From the human T2T-CHM13v2.0 reference genome, Homo sapiens, in the NCBI RefSeq assembly GCF_009914755.1, contig NC_060938.1: 64,000 bases of DNA; one strand, written 5' to 3'. The position numbers and the translations under genes were made by a program. The notes beneath the pieces were generated by a model, which made no database searches, was not told the DNA's origin, and worked only from the letters and a program-made list of their open reading frames with translations. How positions within the stretch are numbered: the first letter of the stretch is position 1; every line of letters starts with the position of its first letter. Positions 19,394 through 36,213 of the stretch are shown here, one piece after another.

Positions 19394-20335
19394 TCAAACC
19401 TCACTCGGAGTTCTTGGGCTTCTGAGCATTCTTTTCAGGGCCAGCTTCACCTCTTGGTTCCGCAGAGTGTAGATAAGGGGGTTGAGGAAAGGAGTGATGG
19501 CCGTGGGGACTAGGGCAGCTGCCCCATCCAGGGGGCTGTTGGTTTCAGGCCTCAGGTAGATGAAGGCACAGGGCACATAGTACACGGTGACCACGGTTAC
19601 ATGGGCTCCACAAGTTGAAAACGCCCGGCGCCGCCCATCAGCTGTGTGGATTCTCAGGATGGCCTGAATGATCTGTATGTAGGAGAGGAGGATCAGGGAG
19701 AAGCAACTGGCAACCACCACCCCAATGTCTACAAACGTCACCAGCTCGTTGACTGTTGTGTCAGCACAGGCCAGTCTCAACACTGCAGGGATGTCACAGA
19801 AGAAGTAATCCACCTGATTGGGCCCACAGTAGGGCAGGCGGAAGGTTAGGATGGCCTGGAGAGCCCCATGGATGGATCCTGCCATCCAGGCTCCAGCCAC
19901 AAGCAAGGCACTCAGCTTAGCAGTCATGAGCACAGGGTAGCGCAGGGGCTGACATATTGCCAGGTACCTGTCATAGGCCATTAGGGTGTAGAGGAAGCAC
20001 TGGGTGCTGCCCAGGAAGTGATAGAAATAGAGTTGAGCAACACAGCCACCAAATGGGATGGGTTTGACACCTAAAGTGAAGTTCATCATGAGGCGAGGGA
20101 CAATGATGGAGGAGATGCCCATATCAATGACTGAGAGAACACCAAGAAAGATGTACATGGGGCGGGCATGGAGCCTTGGGTCTGCCCAGACAGTGATTAA
20201 AATAAGCAGGTTTCCCAGCTGAGTCAGGATGTAGATTAGAAAAAAGAACACAAAAAAGAGTGTCCTTAGCCTGAGTGGATACGGAATTCCTGTCAGGATA
20301 AACGCAGTCAACAGTGTGCTGTTGATTCTTTCCAT
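19394..20335 (-). CDS. OR10G3: Olfactory receptor 10G3, class II OR, 313 aa, single coding exon
   Basis: Intact 7TM ORF with N-glycosylation site NST, GN, LHARPMYIFL, MAYDRYLAIC, FFCD, SY, RAFSTC and PFLNPLIYTLRN; termini MERINSTLL and RSPRTPSEV recognised as OR10G3. Confidence 0.97.
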   Translation of the reverse strand: MERINSTLLTAFILTGIPYPLRLRTLFFVFFFLIYILTQLGNLLILITVWADPRLHARPMYIFLGVLSVIDMGISSIIVPRLMMNFTLGVKPIPFGGCVAQLYFYHFLGSTQCFLYTLMAYDRYLAICQPLRYPVLMTAKLSALLVAGAWMAGSIHGALQAILTFRLPYCGPNQVDYFFCDIPAVLRLACADTTVNELVTFVDIGVVVASCFSLILLSYIQIIQAILRIHTADGRRRAFSTCGAHVTVVTVYYVPCAFIYLRPETNSPLDGAAALVPTAITPFLNPLIYTLRNQEVKLALKRMLRSPRTPSEV

Positions 20336-20352
20336 ATCCCAGAGAATCTTAC

Positions 20353-20420
20353 CTAGAGAATGGACAAAACAAGAGTTAACATAGAGGTGAGAGGAAAGTG
20401 AGGGGGAACTAGAAAGAGAT
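20353..20420 (-). promoter_or_regulatory. Splice acceptor (polypyrimidine tract plus AG) for the OR10G3 coding exon
   Basis: Minus strand CTCTTGTTTTGTCCATTCTCTAG|GTAAGATTCTCTGGGATATG; AG at 20354-20353, 17 nt before the ATG. Confidence 0.8.
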
Positions 20421-20497
20421 TGTAAAAACTAGGGGCAGTGGCAGAGAAGTTTCTTTCTTACGTGGAAAGATGACAAGTAGGGAGAAACAATGTTCTC

Positions 20498-20662
20498 TGG
20501 CAGGTGTTTTGTAAACAAGATCTTATTGGAACACAGCCTTGCTCATTTACTTACATATTGTCCGTAACTGTTTTGGAGCTACTATGACAGAGATGAGTGG
20601 TTGCATTTAGCTTGCAAAACATAAACTATTTACTCCCTGGACATTTATAGAAAAAGTTTGCA
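20498..20662. mobile_element. MER58-like hAT DNA transposon remnant
   Basis: TTTTGTAAACAAGATCTTATTGGAACACAGCC...TTTATAGAAAAAGTTTGC. Confidence 0.7.
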
Positions 20663-21321
20663 CCGAGGGTTTTGTACTTAGAGCACTTTTTCCAATAACC
20701 TTTGGAAAATAATCATTGACTGTTGTGTTAGTACAGGCCAGGATTTCCTGGAAACATGATATATGTGAGAAAGGGTATTTGTTTCATTAGGTGCTCTGCC
20801 CGCTCAGAATCTTCCAGAGGCCACTGGCTCACTCTTATCTCTGCCAGGACATAAACTTACATAGAGTGGGGAATATGCAGAAAGGAAATGCAGAAAATAA
20901 GTGGCTGATTTTTATGTGTGACAGTGCTTGATGCTGTACAGATCTACTTTCCAAGTTCTTTACCATTAAAAGGAAGAGAATGACCATGAAGCTGTAAGTA
21001 CATAAAGTGAGGACTATCGCCACTATGCACTGTGGTTGGTACTTGGTGCTATATAATTCAGTTGCTTTGCATGTGATCATTTAGCCTTAAGACACAGTAA
21101 AGAGAGGAGAGAAAGAAGAAATGAGGGCTGGCTCTAGTGAGAAGTCAGAGATTTAAGGAAAATTAAAGGATGATTGGAGAGAATGAGAGGATTGCTAGAC
21201 CAGAACAAACCACTCTCAGTGTGGAAGAATTATTTTAAGTTCTTAGTCCAACTCCTTGATTCGCATTTCTTTTTTTTTTTGAGACAGAGTTCTCTCTGTC
21301 ACACAGCCTGGAGTGCAATAG

Positions 21322-21579
<258 letters not shown>

Positions 21580-21871
21580 TAAAGAAAAGGGTTGGCGGGT
21601 GGGCTCGGTGGCTTATGCCTGTAATCCTAGCACTTTGAGAGGCCGAGGAGGGTGGATCACCTGAGGTCAGGAGTTCAAGACTAGCCTGAACAACATGGTG
21701 AAACCCTGCCTCTGCTAAAAATACAAAAATTAGCCAGGCACGGTGGTGGGCACCTATAATCCCAGCTACTCGGGAGGCTGAGGCAGGAGAATCACTTGAA
21801 CCCAGGGGGTGGAGGTGAGCTGAGATTGCACCACTTCACTCCAGCCTGGGCAAAAGAGTGAAACTCCATCT

Positions 21872-21919
<48 letters not shown>

Positions 21920-21935
21920 CAGGTGTGGTGGCTCA

Positions 21936-23530
<1,595 letters not shown>

Positions 23531-23710
23531 AAATAAAACAGGCTTGATGAAAATTTTTACTGAAAAATACTCATGACTTGAGGTAGGATGTCAAAAAAAT
23601 TGAAATTGATTGATTTGGCTGGGCGCGGTGGCTGACGCCTGTAATCCCAGCACTTTGGGAGGCCGAGGCAGGCGGATCACGAGGTCAGGAGATGGAGACC
23701 ATCCTGGCTA

Positions 23711-23959
<249 letters not shown>

Positions 23960-24641
23960 TCAGAAGGAGGAGAGTAAGATTAACAGGGAAATGTCAGGAG
24001 CTTTCTGATTAATGATTCTCTCTACCTTCACTCCTGTGCAGGGCAGCATTCTGCCTTGCTTGGGTCAGGGGACTGTGGAGAGCAGGGAACTGGCAACTCT
24101 GGTGAAGAAGTAAGTCATCGTAGACAGATGGTCCTGCTGCTGGCTGAGAGCAACAAATGTAAACATTATAATGGATCTCAATCGTTAGGTTGCCATCATA
24201 ATGGATCTGGTCATTAGTTCACTTCTTGGTTCTGAGCGAGTCTCAAAGCTCCTCTGGGACTGGGTGTGGTGGCTTATGCCTGTAATCCCAGCACTTTGGA
24301 AGGCTGAGGCAGAAGGATTGCTTAAGCCCAGGAGTTTGAGACAAACCTGGGCAACATAGCAAGACCCTATTTCTATAAAAAAAATAAAAAAAATTTACTG
24401 GGCGTATTGGCACGCACCTGTGTTCCCAGCTACTTGGGAGGCTGAGATGGGAGGATTTCTTGAGCCCAGAAGGTCAAGGTGAACCACTGCCCTCCAGCCT
24501 GGGTGATAGAGTGAGAGACCCTGTCTTAAAACAAAAACACAAACAACATACAAAAAAGCCAACTCCTCTGGGTTTCAATTTCTTCACTGGGGCTATGAGG
24601 ATGCGGAATGAGACTGTGGATCCAATTTTGACAAATAGTGA

Positions 24642-24853
<212 letters not shown>

Positions 24854-24912
24854 TAGTAGAGACAGGGTTTCACCGTGTTAGCCAGGATGGTCTCGATCTC
24901 CTGACCTCATGA

Positions 24913-25293
<381 letters not shown>

Positions 25294-27487
25294 TAGCTTT
25301 AAAACTGCTGTACCCAAGCTCTTTCAGAGCTTAGCTCTCATCATTTAACCATCTCTGTTATGAAACTTAAAAAAAAGGCAGTAAATCCCGCCACCCCATG
25401 CCATTTTATCCTCTTTCAAGTCAATAAAATGCAGTTTATAAATTCTTCAGTTTTAAACATTATAGCCACAGGATCACAGCGATGGCTGAACTTCAAAAAG
25501 CTGACCGCAATCCTCTTCCAGATGCCAGAGCTACAGATGCTGGCCTCCTCCCCGCGTTCCTTGACTTCAGAAAGTACAGAGGCTCAAGTTCCCACACAGG
25601 TTCCTTGGGAAATTCATGGCAGTGCACAATGGTAGCCCTGGGCTGAAGGAGCTCAGGTGGCTGCTCTGGTCTGTGTGTCGTGTCATGGGATGCTATAGTT
25701 TTCTGGGGTCACTGAGGTCTGTTGTTAAAGTGTCCAGATTTAGAAGCCTGATTTGGTTAGGTCTCTCTGGGGGAATCAGGCTGAGGGAAATCAGTTCACA
25801 CTATTCAAGTACCTGAGAGAATGACTTAAAAACTAAACAAATAATTTATTACTTTACAGTGGGAGATCTTGCTCCCATGTCTGAAATGATGTGTCTACTG
25901 CCCAGGGCACCCACGTATTAATACTTCATGGTCCCTGGAAATGAAATTAGGAATCAAATGTGTAATTCTGAGTTTTGAATCACAGCAAGGGGAATTTCAT
26001 GAAGCACACTTAAGTTAGGTCACAGTGAACTACACCTGGTAAATCACACAGCATCTGTATCTAAGGGAATACTTCAATTTTCCCTTCAGATACAGTTATC
26101 TTTTTCCCTTGGGCAGTAACGAAGATACATCAACAAAGTTTTATTCTAATTATTTTCTCCCTGAATTTCTATCTTTTTAGATTGCCTTTGTTATTTCCAT
26201 TGGCTCTTTTTCAACATTTTTCTAACTTTTTAGAGTTCCCTAATTATTTTTCCCTGATTTATTTTTCATACTGTTTTCTTGTTTGCTTTGGAGAATATTC
26301 TAAGATTTACTCCCTAAAAAGTGTTATTTCTTTTGCAAAATTTTCCATTGATAGGGAATGACAGTCCACCCATAGCATGATGATTCTTGTTTTATTCAAC
26401 CAGAGAATAGAATTTTCTAACTTTGTCCTTAGATTTCAGAACCATCTTAAAGGGAGGAATGAGAGGAAAGAGTGCAGTTTTATTTGTAATACCGAGTATC
26501 TTTATTGGGTGTGATTTCATCCCAGTTACCTCTTTTTGTTTTCTTCTTTTTGTTTCTCTAACTTTTTGCTCCTCAGTAAGTTATAAATATTAATAGAAAA
26601 ACTTCCCTTTACCTCTGATCTGTTAAGACCTTTCTCCCTGTGTCACTGCCATTATCATAAACCTCCAAGCATAAAGCTTAGTATTTGCCAGGTAACCACC
26701 CTTCTGCATACTCTCTGGCTCATTAATATCCCACATGTGGTTCTGAGACACTTTATTTAAATGCTTTCAAAAATAAAAGAGAGAGAGAGAGAGAGATACG
26801 GAGGGACAGAAAGAGACATGGAGGGAGAGAAAGAGACATGGCACAAGGAGAAGGAAACATGGCACCGATGAAACCTCCGGGGACCAGAGTGATAAAAAGT
26901 CATAGAATAATGGTGGCATTTTGCACCTGTGTAGTGTTTTTTAATCCTTAGAGGTTAAATGGCAGAGGAGTCTCACAGCTGTATAATGCTGGAGTAAAGG
27001 CTCCAACCAGATTGTGTTGTTCCTAGTCCAGCACTCTTTCCACATTTTACTGAAAATTCCTTCCCACAAGGAACCAAATCAAAATAATGTAGTAAATCAT
27101 GTGAACTGAATCACAATTTTAAGAGTTTTATGGTTCATTCTGTCAAGGATTCTAAACTGGTGTTACTACCCTATTTCAAAATTGAGACATAGTGGAGTTA
27201 AGAGCAAGTTCTAAAATCAAACTAGAGTGAAGTTTAGTTACAATGAATTCATGAAGTTGCCCGACTTCTTTCATTGACAATCTATCACACTGAGTGTTTC
27301 TTAAAAAAGCCCGAGGGAGGCCGGGCGCGGTGGCTCACGCCTGTAATCCCAGCATTTTGGGAGGCCGAGGCGGGCAGATCACCTGAGGTCGGGTGATCAG
27401 CCTGACCAACATGAAGAAACCCCGTCTCTACTAAAAATACAAAATTAGTGTGGTGTGGTGGCACATGCCTGTAATCCCAGCTACTCA

Positions 27488-27592
<105 letters not shown>

Positions 27593-27707
27593 TCAAAAAA
27601 AAAGAAAAAAGCCTGAAGGCTTAGTAGTGTTTTTATTTCACAGATACTTAGTCTTTGAATATATTGATTAAATGTGTTTTTGAATTCTCATCTGATATCA
27701 AATATTA

Positions 27708-28001
<294 letters not shown>

Positions 28002-28843
28002 TCAAAATAAATAAATAAATAATAAATAAACAAAATAAAATAAAGACCATCTAGTACATGAATGTTTGAAAAATATATGAGAAATATTAGGGGACCACAA
28101 ACTAAATAAAAGTGTATAATTTTGAGCAACCAAGGAGATTAGACATCTTTTCTAATGAGGCGAAGGGCACAGGCTTAACCTCATTTCAGCAAATGAATTT
28201 TACTTAATTCTGGTCCCAAACTGTATCCCTAACCCATCTTTCAAATGGCCATGAAGAAAACTTTAAAAATTTTATTATTTTCTGAAAATCGACTCAAAGC
28301 ACACTTTTTTATTTATAAAAAGCATTTCAAATATTTGGAAAACTAATATAATTAATTTCTTTTTAAAATAAATTTCACAATAAGACATATAAAATGGAAA
28401 ATAATTTAAAGATGAATAACAATGGAACAAATATATACATATATAATATGAGAAAAGTTTGAGTTATTAAATTGAGAGACATGAGACAATTTCTATTAAA
28501 ATGTAAAACCCTTATTAGCAATGAGTTAGAATTGTCTGTTTAAAATATTTGCCAACAAAGAAATCAGGTTATAGCTTTACTCATGTCCATTTTTCAAATT
28601 TTGGGCAGAGAACTTGTCTTATAGGTGGAAGGGACCTGGTGAGGACAAAAAGAACAGAGCAAGGGTGGCACCACCACAGAACTCGAAGATGCTCTTCCTA
28701 GTCTGGTTGGTATTAAAACCAGTGAATGGACTTTTAATGGAGAATAGCTTTGGAGAAAAATTTAGCCAATTAAAGGCCTGGGGGAAATAGTGTTATCCAA
28801 TATTAGCCACTATTTTTTAATTTTTTAATTTTTTTAATTTTAA

Positions 28844-29044
<201 letters not shown>

Positions 29045-29371
29045 TAGGCTGGTCTTGAACTCCTGACCTCAGGTGATCCGCCCGTCTTGGCATCCCAAAG
29101 TGCTGGGATTACAGGTGTGAGCCAACATGCTTGGCCTATTAGCCACTATTTATAAAAAGGCTAAATGGTAGTTACATAGTCATATGAGCAGAACAGCAAA
29201 GAAAATTTTTGTGACAGCAGAAAAAGAACTATACTGAGTAACTAAACAAGTAAGAATATTGAGAGATGAAGTGACTCAGAGTAGAGAAACCCCTTACACA
29301 ATGTTTGGACTTAACATTTATCTCTGAAAAATGGGATTAGAACAGTGGCAGGTGCTATTTTGAGAAGAGGA

Positions 29372-29810
29372 ACTCACCTGAAGGTGTCAGCATCCATCAA
29401 AAACTCTTCTTGCAGACGGAGAGAAAGGATACAAATCTATTCCTAAGGAATCTTGAATATCTCATAGGTCAGCAGCAATTATTGTGAAGAGCTCGTGGCA
29501 GAAGACCCAACTAATTACTTTTGGCTGGATCAAAGTAAAGAGTCAAACTATGGAAACTTAATTTATTATTTGCCTGCTTATTTGTAGAGATATCTGCTTC
29601 CAGCTTCCTTATGAACTGGGGGAGGAGCTGTGGCTCTTACTGAAGATAACTGTTAAGGTTGGTCTCTCCTGTGTTCTACTACTTCTTCTATTTCCCTCAG
29701 AGTCAGTTTTTATGTGTGAGACCTTTAGCTTGGGGAATATTGTAATAGCACTCCTGTGATAGGCAAGACCAATATCCATAGTTTGTTTCCTAGGAGACTC
29801 TCTGGGTTTC
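29372..29810 (-). promoter_or_regulatory. Probable OR10G3 non-coding first exon, donor site and promoter
   Basis: Consensus donor CAG|GTGAGT on the minus strand (exon end 29378); repeat-free tract with O/E(EBF)-like TTCCCTCAGAG (29692-29702) and TTCCTAGGAGA (29787-29797) plus TAATTA. OR genes usually have 5' non-coding exons. The exon start cannot be defined from sequence. Confidence 0.6.
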
Positions 29811-30111
29811 TAGCTTTTTCCAATTTTGTAACAGCAGGTGCGACAAAGTCTGTGGGGCTTAACAGGTCTCGTTGAAATCTTCAGATCTGTGGTTTTCTTT
29901 CTGTTCCAAAGCAAATTTGGAAAAAAAGAGAAGAAAAAGCTAACATGGTTGTTACTTGGCAAGAGATGTGTTCTTATTGGTGCATTCACATTTTAAGAAA
30001 TTCACACTTTGAATTACTAAGGTGCTAACATAGACCTTCACAGACTAGAAGAAACAGAATTTCAGGGTTGGAGGGACATTAGAGGTCATCTGATCCAACT
30101 ATCATCTGTAA

Positions 30112-30338
<227 letters not shown>

Positions 30339-30712
30339 TAAATTTTTCGTAGAGACGAGGTCTCACTAGATTGCTCAGGCTGGTCTTGAACTCCTGGGCT
30401 CAAGTGATCCTCCTCCCTCTACCTCCCAAAATGCTGGGACTACAGGTGCAAGCCACTGCCCCCGGCCTGTTATTTTTCTTAGTATTTCTTGGTCTTGTTT
30501 CCTTGAATACTTTGAATTTGGTCTAACTTATTTTCTTCTAGACTTAAATTTGGTGTTGTCGCAACATTTTTCCCAACTGTCTTCAAATGTCCAGAGATGG
30601 TCTGTGTTGTAAAAGAACATCTTGAATATGGTTTAGTTTTATTATTTTTTCCACCAAACTTTTGTGGAGGTCTCTGTAGCTTCCAAGCCACAATTGTGTT
30701 AAAGTGTCTAAA

Positions 30713-31640
<928 letters not shown>

Positions 31641-32654
31641 GAACAGAGCTGATGTGGGGAAACACGAAGCATGTTTGTGGCTAATCAGTGAGGAGAAATG
31701 GCTGAAAGTCTGTGTGTGTGGCTTTTGTGCAGAGCCACAACCCATACTGATCCCTATAACTTCAGGAATTGCAGCCTAGGTTTGAGATTTGACCTTCCAA
31801 CAAACTGTGGACTCATAATTCTGATTGTGATCTGTTTCCCGGGTATAGACTGGTTTGCGAATAACCAGGAATTAAGTTGGAAAGTAGGATTGCTCTGGGA
31901 CTGACTTGAAGAGGGCTGCCATGTATCCTACAGGATAAATTGCATAGAACTGTGATGGTTGGCAATCAATCAAACTCATTATACCACGTGTGGGTGGAAG
32001 ACTGCTGCAGGTGGGCAGGTGAAGCCACGCAAATATTGGTATTTCTCCTTGAGGTCCTGATCTTTTCTTGTATTTTGCTGCTTCTACTACTCCAGGAAGC
32101 ATACTTTCAGCATGAAATGCAATACTGTATTGAGTCATGTACGCAGACATCATGTTTAAACCAGGCAGTAATTTGGAACTCAAGTTTTCTTTCTTTTTTT
32201 TTTTTTTCTCCTTGTGTTTTCTTCTGCATGATCCTGGGAGATCGTCTCCAAATGAAAACATTAATAAAGATGATTGTGATTACTGATTGTTTAGATTTGT
32301 TTTTAGGTGGGAAGGAACATAGCTATATTAAGATTAGCTTAAGTAATAAAGTCTACCATATGTTTACATGTGGAAAGTAAAAAAATACAAACTACTGAAA
32401 GCCAAATTGCCTAGACAAACAGGATCTGCAGTAGAGCTGGGCCTCATGAAGATGGACTGGTCAGGAACAGGGAATGAATCAGAATATAGGGCAGCTCTGG
32501 TGACTGGGATATTTTGTTGTCCCTATCAGAAGAAGACATCATTTGGTCCAAATTGTGTGTTGCCTTGTTATGGTAACTCAATAGGTCTCCATCTCTGCTT
32601 CTTCCAGTACTCCTGTGACTGACAGACCAATTTTTTTTTTTTTTTTTTTTTTGA

Positions 32655-32759
<105 letters not shown>

Positions 32760-33159
32760 TGAGTAGCTGGAATTACAGACACGTGCCACCATGCCCAGCT
32801 ACTTTTTTGTATTTTTAGTAGAGATAGGGTTTCATCACGTTGGCCAGGCTGGTTTCGAACTCCCAACCTCAGGTGATCCACCCACCTCAGCCTCCCAATG
32901 TGGAGGGATTACAGGCGTGAGCCACTGTGCCCAGCCGCTTTTTGTTTTTTTATGTATCTCTTTGGTTTGGTTGGTCACCTTCCATAGAATGGCTCACACT
33001 GCCTCTTGTAGGGGATTGTGGCCATTTTCATCAAATAATTTTTCTGATTCCACAGTCATCCATACTTGGCAATCTAAGCTTATGATCCTTGTTCTCAAAT
33101 TTCCGACACATCTTTTTTAAGACTCTTTATTTATGCTACTACTAATAATACAGTACGGA

Positions 33160-33395
33160 TGATGATGTTTATTATTATTTGTTGGATACCTCCCATGTTT
33201 AAGAGCTTTACAAGTGTTAATTTATTCAATTCTTGTTGAGGTAGATATGAATATCCTTATTTTATAGAAGAGGCAACTAAGTTCAGAGAGTTTAATTTGA
33301 ATTTGGCACAAGGCCATATTTCCAGTAGGTGGAAAAGTCAGGATTCAAATCCAGTGTATTTTTTTTAATACCTATGCTCTTTCTACTCCACTATA
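33160..33395 (-). mobile_element. MIR remnant
   Basis: Core CCTTATTTTATAGAAGAGGCAACTAAGTTCAGAGAGTTTAA...CAGGATTCAAATCCAG. Confidence 0.7.
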
Positions 33396-33495
33396 TCATG
33401 ATGTCTCTCTAAAGGACATACCAGGATTTAATCAGAGAATACTTTGTTTAAAGGCATGTATATTTACCAGATAAAACACTGGGTCCCTCCAGTGA

Positions 33496-33756
<261 letters not shown>

Positions 33757-34880
33757 TAGTAGAGATGGAGTTTCACTACGCTGGCCAGGCCGGTCTCGAA
33801 CTCCTGACCTCAGGTAGTCTGTGCGCCTCGGCCTCCCAAAGTGCTGGGAGGTGTAAGCCACCGCGCCCAGCCTGCCTTGTCTTTAATGCAAGAAACAGAA
33901 TGCGAGTAATCAGAAAGCCCTAGAAGGCATCAGTTAATACAAGATATTAATTTCTTAATTCCAAAAGCACTTGCAAAGAAAAACTTTTAAGGGGGAGGGG
34001 AGGAGGGGGATTGAAGCACATCATAATAACTGGAATCCCATGAGTGTGCCAAGTCTCATGAGGCTATTTTTTGAATTTATCCTTTACTTGTTCATTTTTT
34101 TCTCTCAAATAATAAGTATTATTTTTCTTTGATATTTCCCCTCAAAGGATAAAACATATGAAATATAAAATATAAACGAACTCTTGTATTGTACAGTTAG
34201 AAGTTATAGAACTATCCGGCTGGGTGCGGTGGCTCATGCCTGTAATCCCAGCACTTTGGGAGGCTAAGACAGGTGGATCACGAGGTCAGGAGTTCAAGAC
34301 CAGCCTGTCCAAGATGGTGAAACCCCGTCTCTACTGAAAATACAAAAAAAAATTAGCTGGGCGCGGTGGCAGGTGCCTGTAATCCCAGCTACTCAGGAGG
34401 CTGAGGCAGGAGAATTGCTGGAATCTGGGTGGCAGAGGTTGCATCGCGCCACTGCACCCCAGCCTGGGCAATAGAGTAAGACTCTGTCTCAAAAACAAAA
34501 CAAAACCAAAACCAAAACAAAACAAAAAAATGAAACAAAAACAAAAACAAAAAGAAGTTATAGATCTACACACTGATAAACTGCATAAAATCTTGGATAA
34601 CTCGTGAATATACAAAATATCAGGGCACAGAAAGAAGTAAACCCACTTTATTTTTGTCACACATAAGATTCAAATATTCAATCTGAAGAAAAGCAATCAT
34701 TTTTGCTGTGTTCTAGGTTGCATGTTGATACATTTATTAAAATATTCCTGCATAATCACATTTGGTATTACTATTTCAAGTCAGATATAAAACTTCAAAA
34801 TCTGCCATCCAGACAAAATGGGTAATCAGAAAGATTATCTCTGCCCCACCTCCCTAACCTCGATAAGTATAAACTCAATT

Positions 34881-36213
34881 TTATGACATGACTCCAAACC
34901 CTAGATTGTGATGACAAATGCTAGGTCCGATTTCTTTATAATCCTTTTCGGGGTGGCATACTTGATAGAACTCAAGCATAGAAGTCTGCATTGGTCCTCC
35001 AAACCAAATTGCATATTGCTCTACGTGGTGTGTAATGACTTGTACATCAATAGCTTCTGGCTTCAATCTACTGCTACTTAATTCCTCACTTAAGGTCAGC
35101 CTGACATCTACAGTTCTTTTCATATCTCATTGCAAGTGATGTACAAAGTCCCTGAACACAGTTGAACCTCCATAGACAACAATATTCTTGTTGAGAGGAT
35201 GTCTCACATCAATAGGACAATTCTGAATTACTTCATCTGCAACATCTGAGATGGGATGTATAAAGTCTGGATTAGCAAACCTGGTTGAGAAAAGATTTCA
35301 GGTCCCAAGAATCTCTCATGTCCAATATCGATGGAAAATTATTTATTTGAGATGGCATTGATTCTTATACACTGTTTAAATCCACTGCGACCCATCTGCA
35401 CCTTACTTTTTAAATTCTTTTACTAAATCTGAGCTAACATAACTATAGTGATCCTCTACTGCCTTAGCAGTTTCCAGGGATTGCTCTGGAGGGATTCCTA
35501 CTTCTTGGTCTCTCAGTAGTTGCTGAGTAAGATATGTTATAGCTCATCCTGCAATTGGAATGTGTTTAATACAGCTGCCAATCACATACCCTTCAGGCGC
35601 GGAAATGCCATGAGTGACACCGTTTCAACTTGTCTATAACCTACCAGTCAACATGTATTCTCCTATTTGTCTTGTGGTCCAGGATGTAGCTACAGCAAGA
35701 ACAACCTGCACAGCAATGTACAAACCTGAACATTGAAGGACCCAAACACTATTTCAGGAATATATTCCCTGCTTTCTGGAGTATTCAGCGGAGGTCCAGT
35801 CAAAAGAAAATAATGGTCTTCAGGTTCTGCCCTTAAATATTTAAAGATCACTTGCTCTATAAAGCTTTCCATTGAGTTCCAATCTTTAACTAGACCATGA
35901 TGGATGGGCTCTTTGTTGTATATGTAGATTTTCCAATGCTTCATCGCCAGTAAAGACGTCTAGGTCATCAGCATGTTTCATCACCCTCCTTTTGAACTTG
36001 ACCACCCACTTTTGTTGAGTTTTTTTTTTCATGGATGAATAATTTATTGGTAGAATAATACAGAGTTTACCTTCAATTCTATATCTGTTTTGTTGAGTTG
36101 TTAATGGCAGTACAGGAAGGGATGGTAAACGGAGATTCTTTATTTTGGACATATCCTGGTTTTGTATACCTGGTACCACAGTCTGCTATGTAGGCTGTCA
36201 GCTGTCAGGTCAT
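34881..36213 (-). pseudogene. ACTR3 (ARP3) processed pseudogene, coding-homologous part; UTR homology extends to about 36570 and to at least 33880
   Basis: ATG at 36213 gives MT*QLTAYIADCGTRYTKPGY (ARP3 [21 protein letters not shown]); [24 protein letters not shown]; C-terminus [32 protein letters not shown] and EIGP favour ACTR3 over ACTR3B. Intronless, many stops and frameshifts, CAG run before the ATG. Confidence 0.93.
36022..36087 (-). mobile_element. 66-bp retrotransposed polyadenylated fragment of unknown source
   Basis: 12-bp TSD TTTTGTTGAGTT (36010-36021 and 36088-36099), AATAAA on minus at 36048-36043, A-tail 36029-36022. Confidence 0.85.

Noticed and set aside
31872-32380. Overlapping 129-aa and 146-aa non-Alu ORFs on opposite strands
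   Set aside because: No recognisable domain, and both run through a poly-T/A tract; a homology search would be needed to say more.
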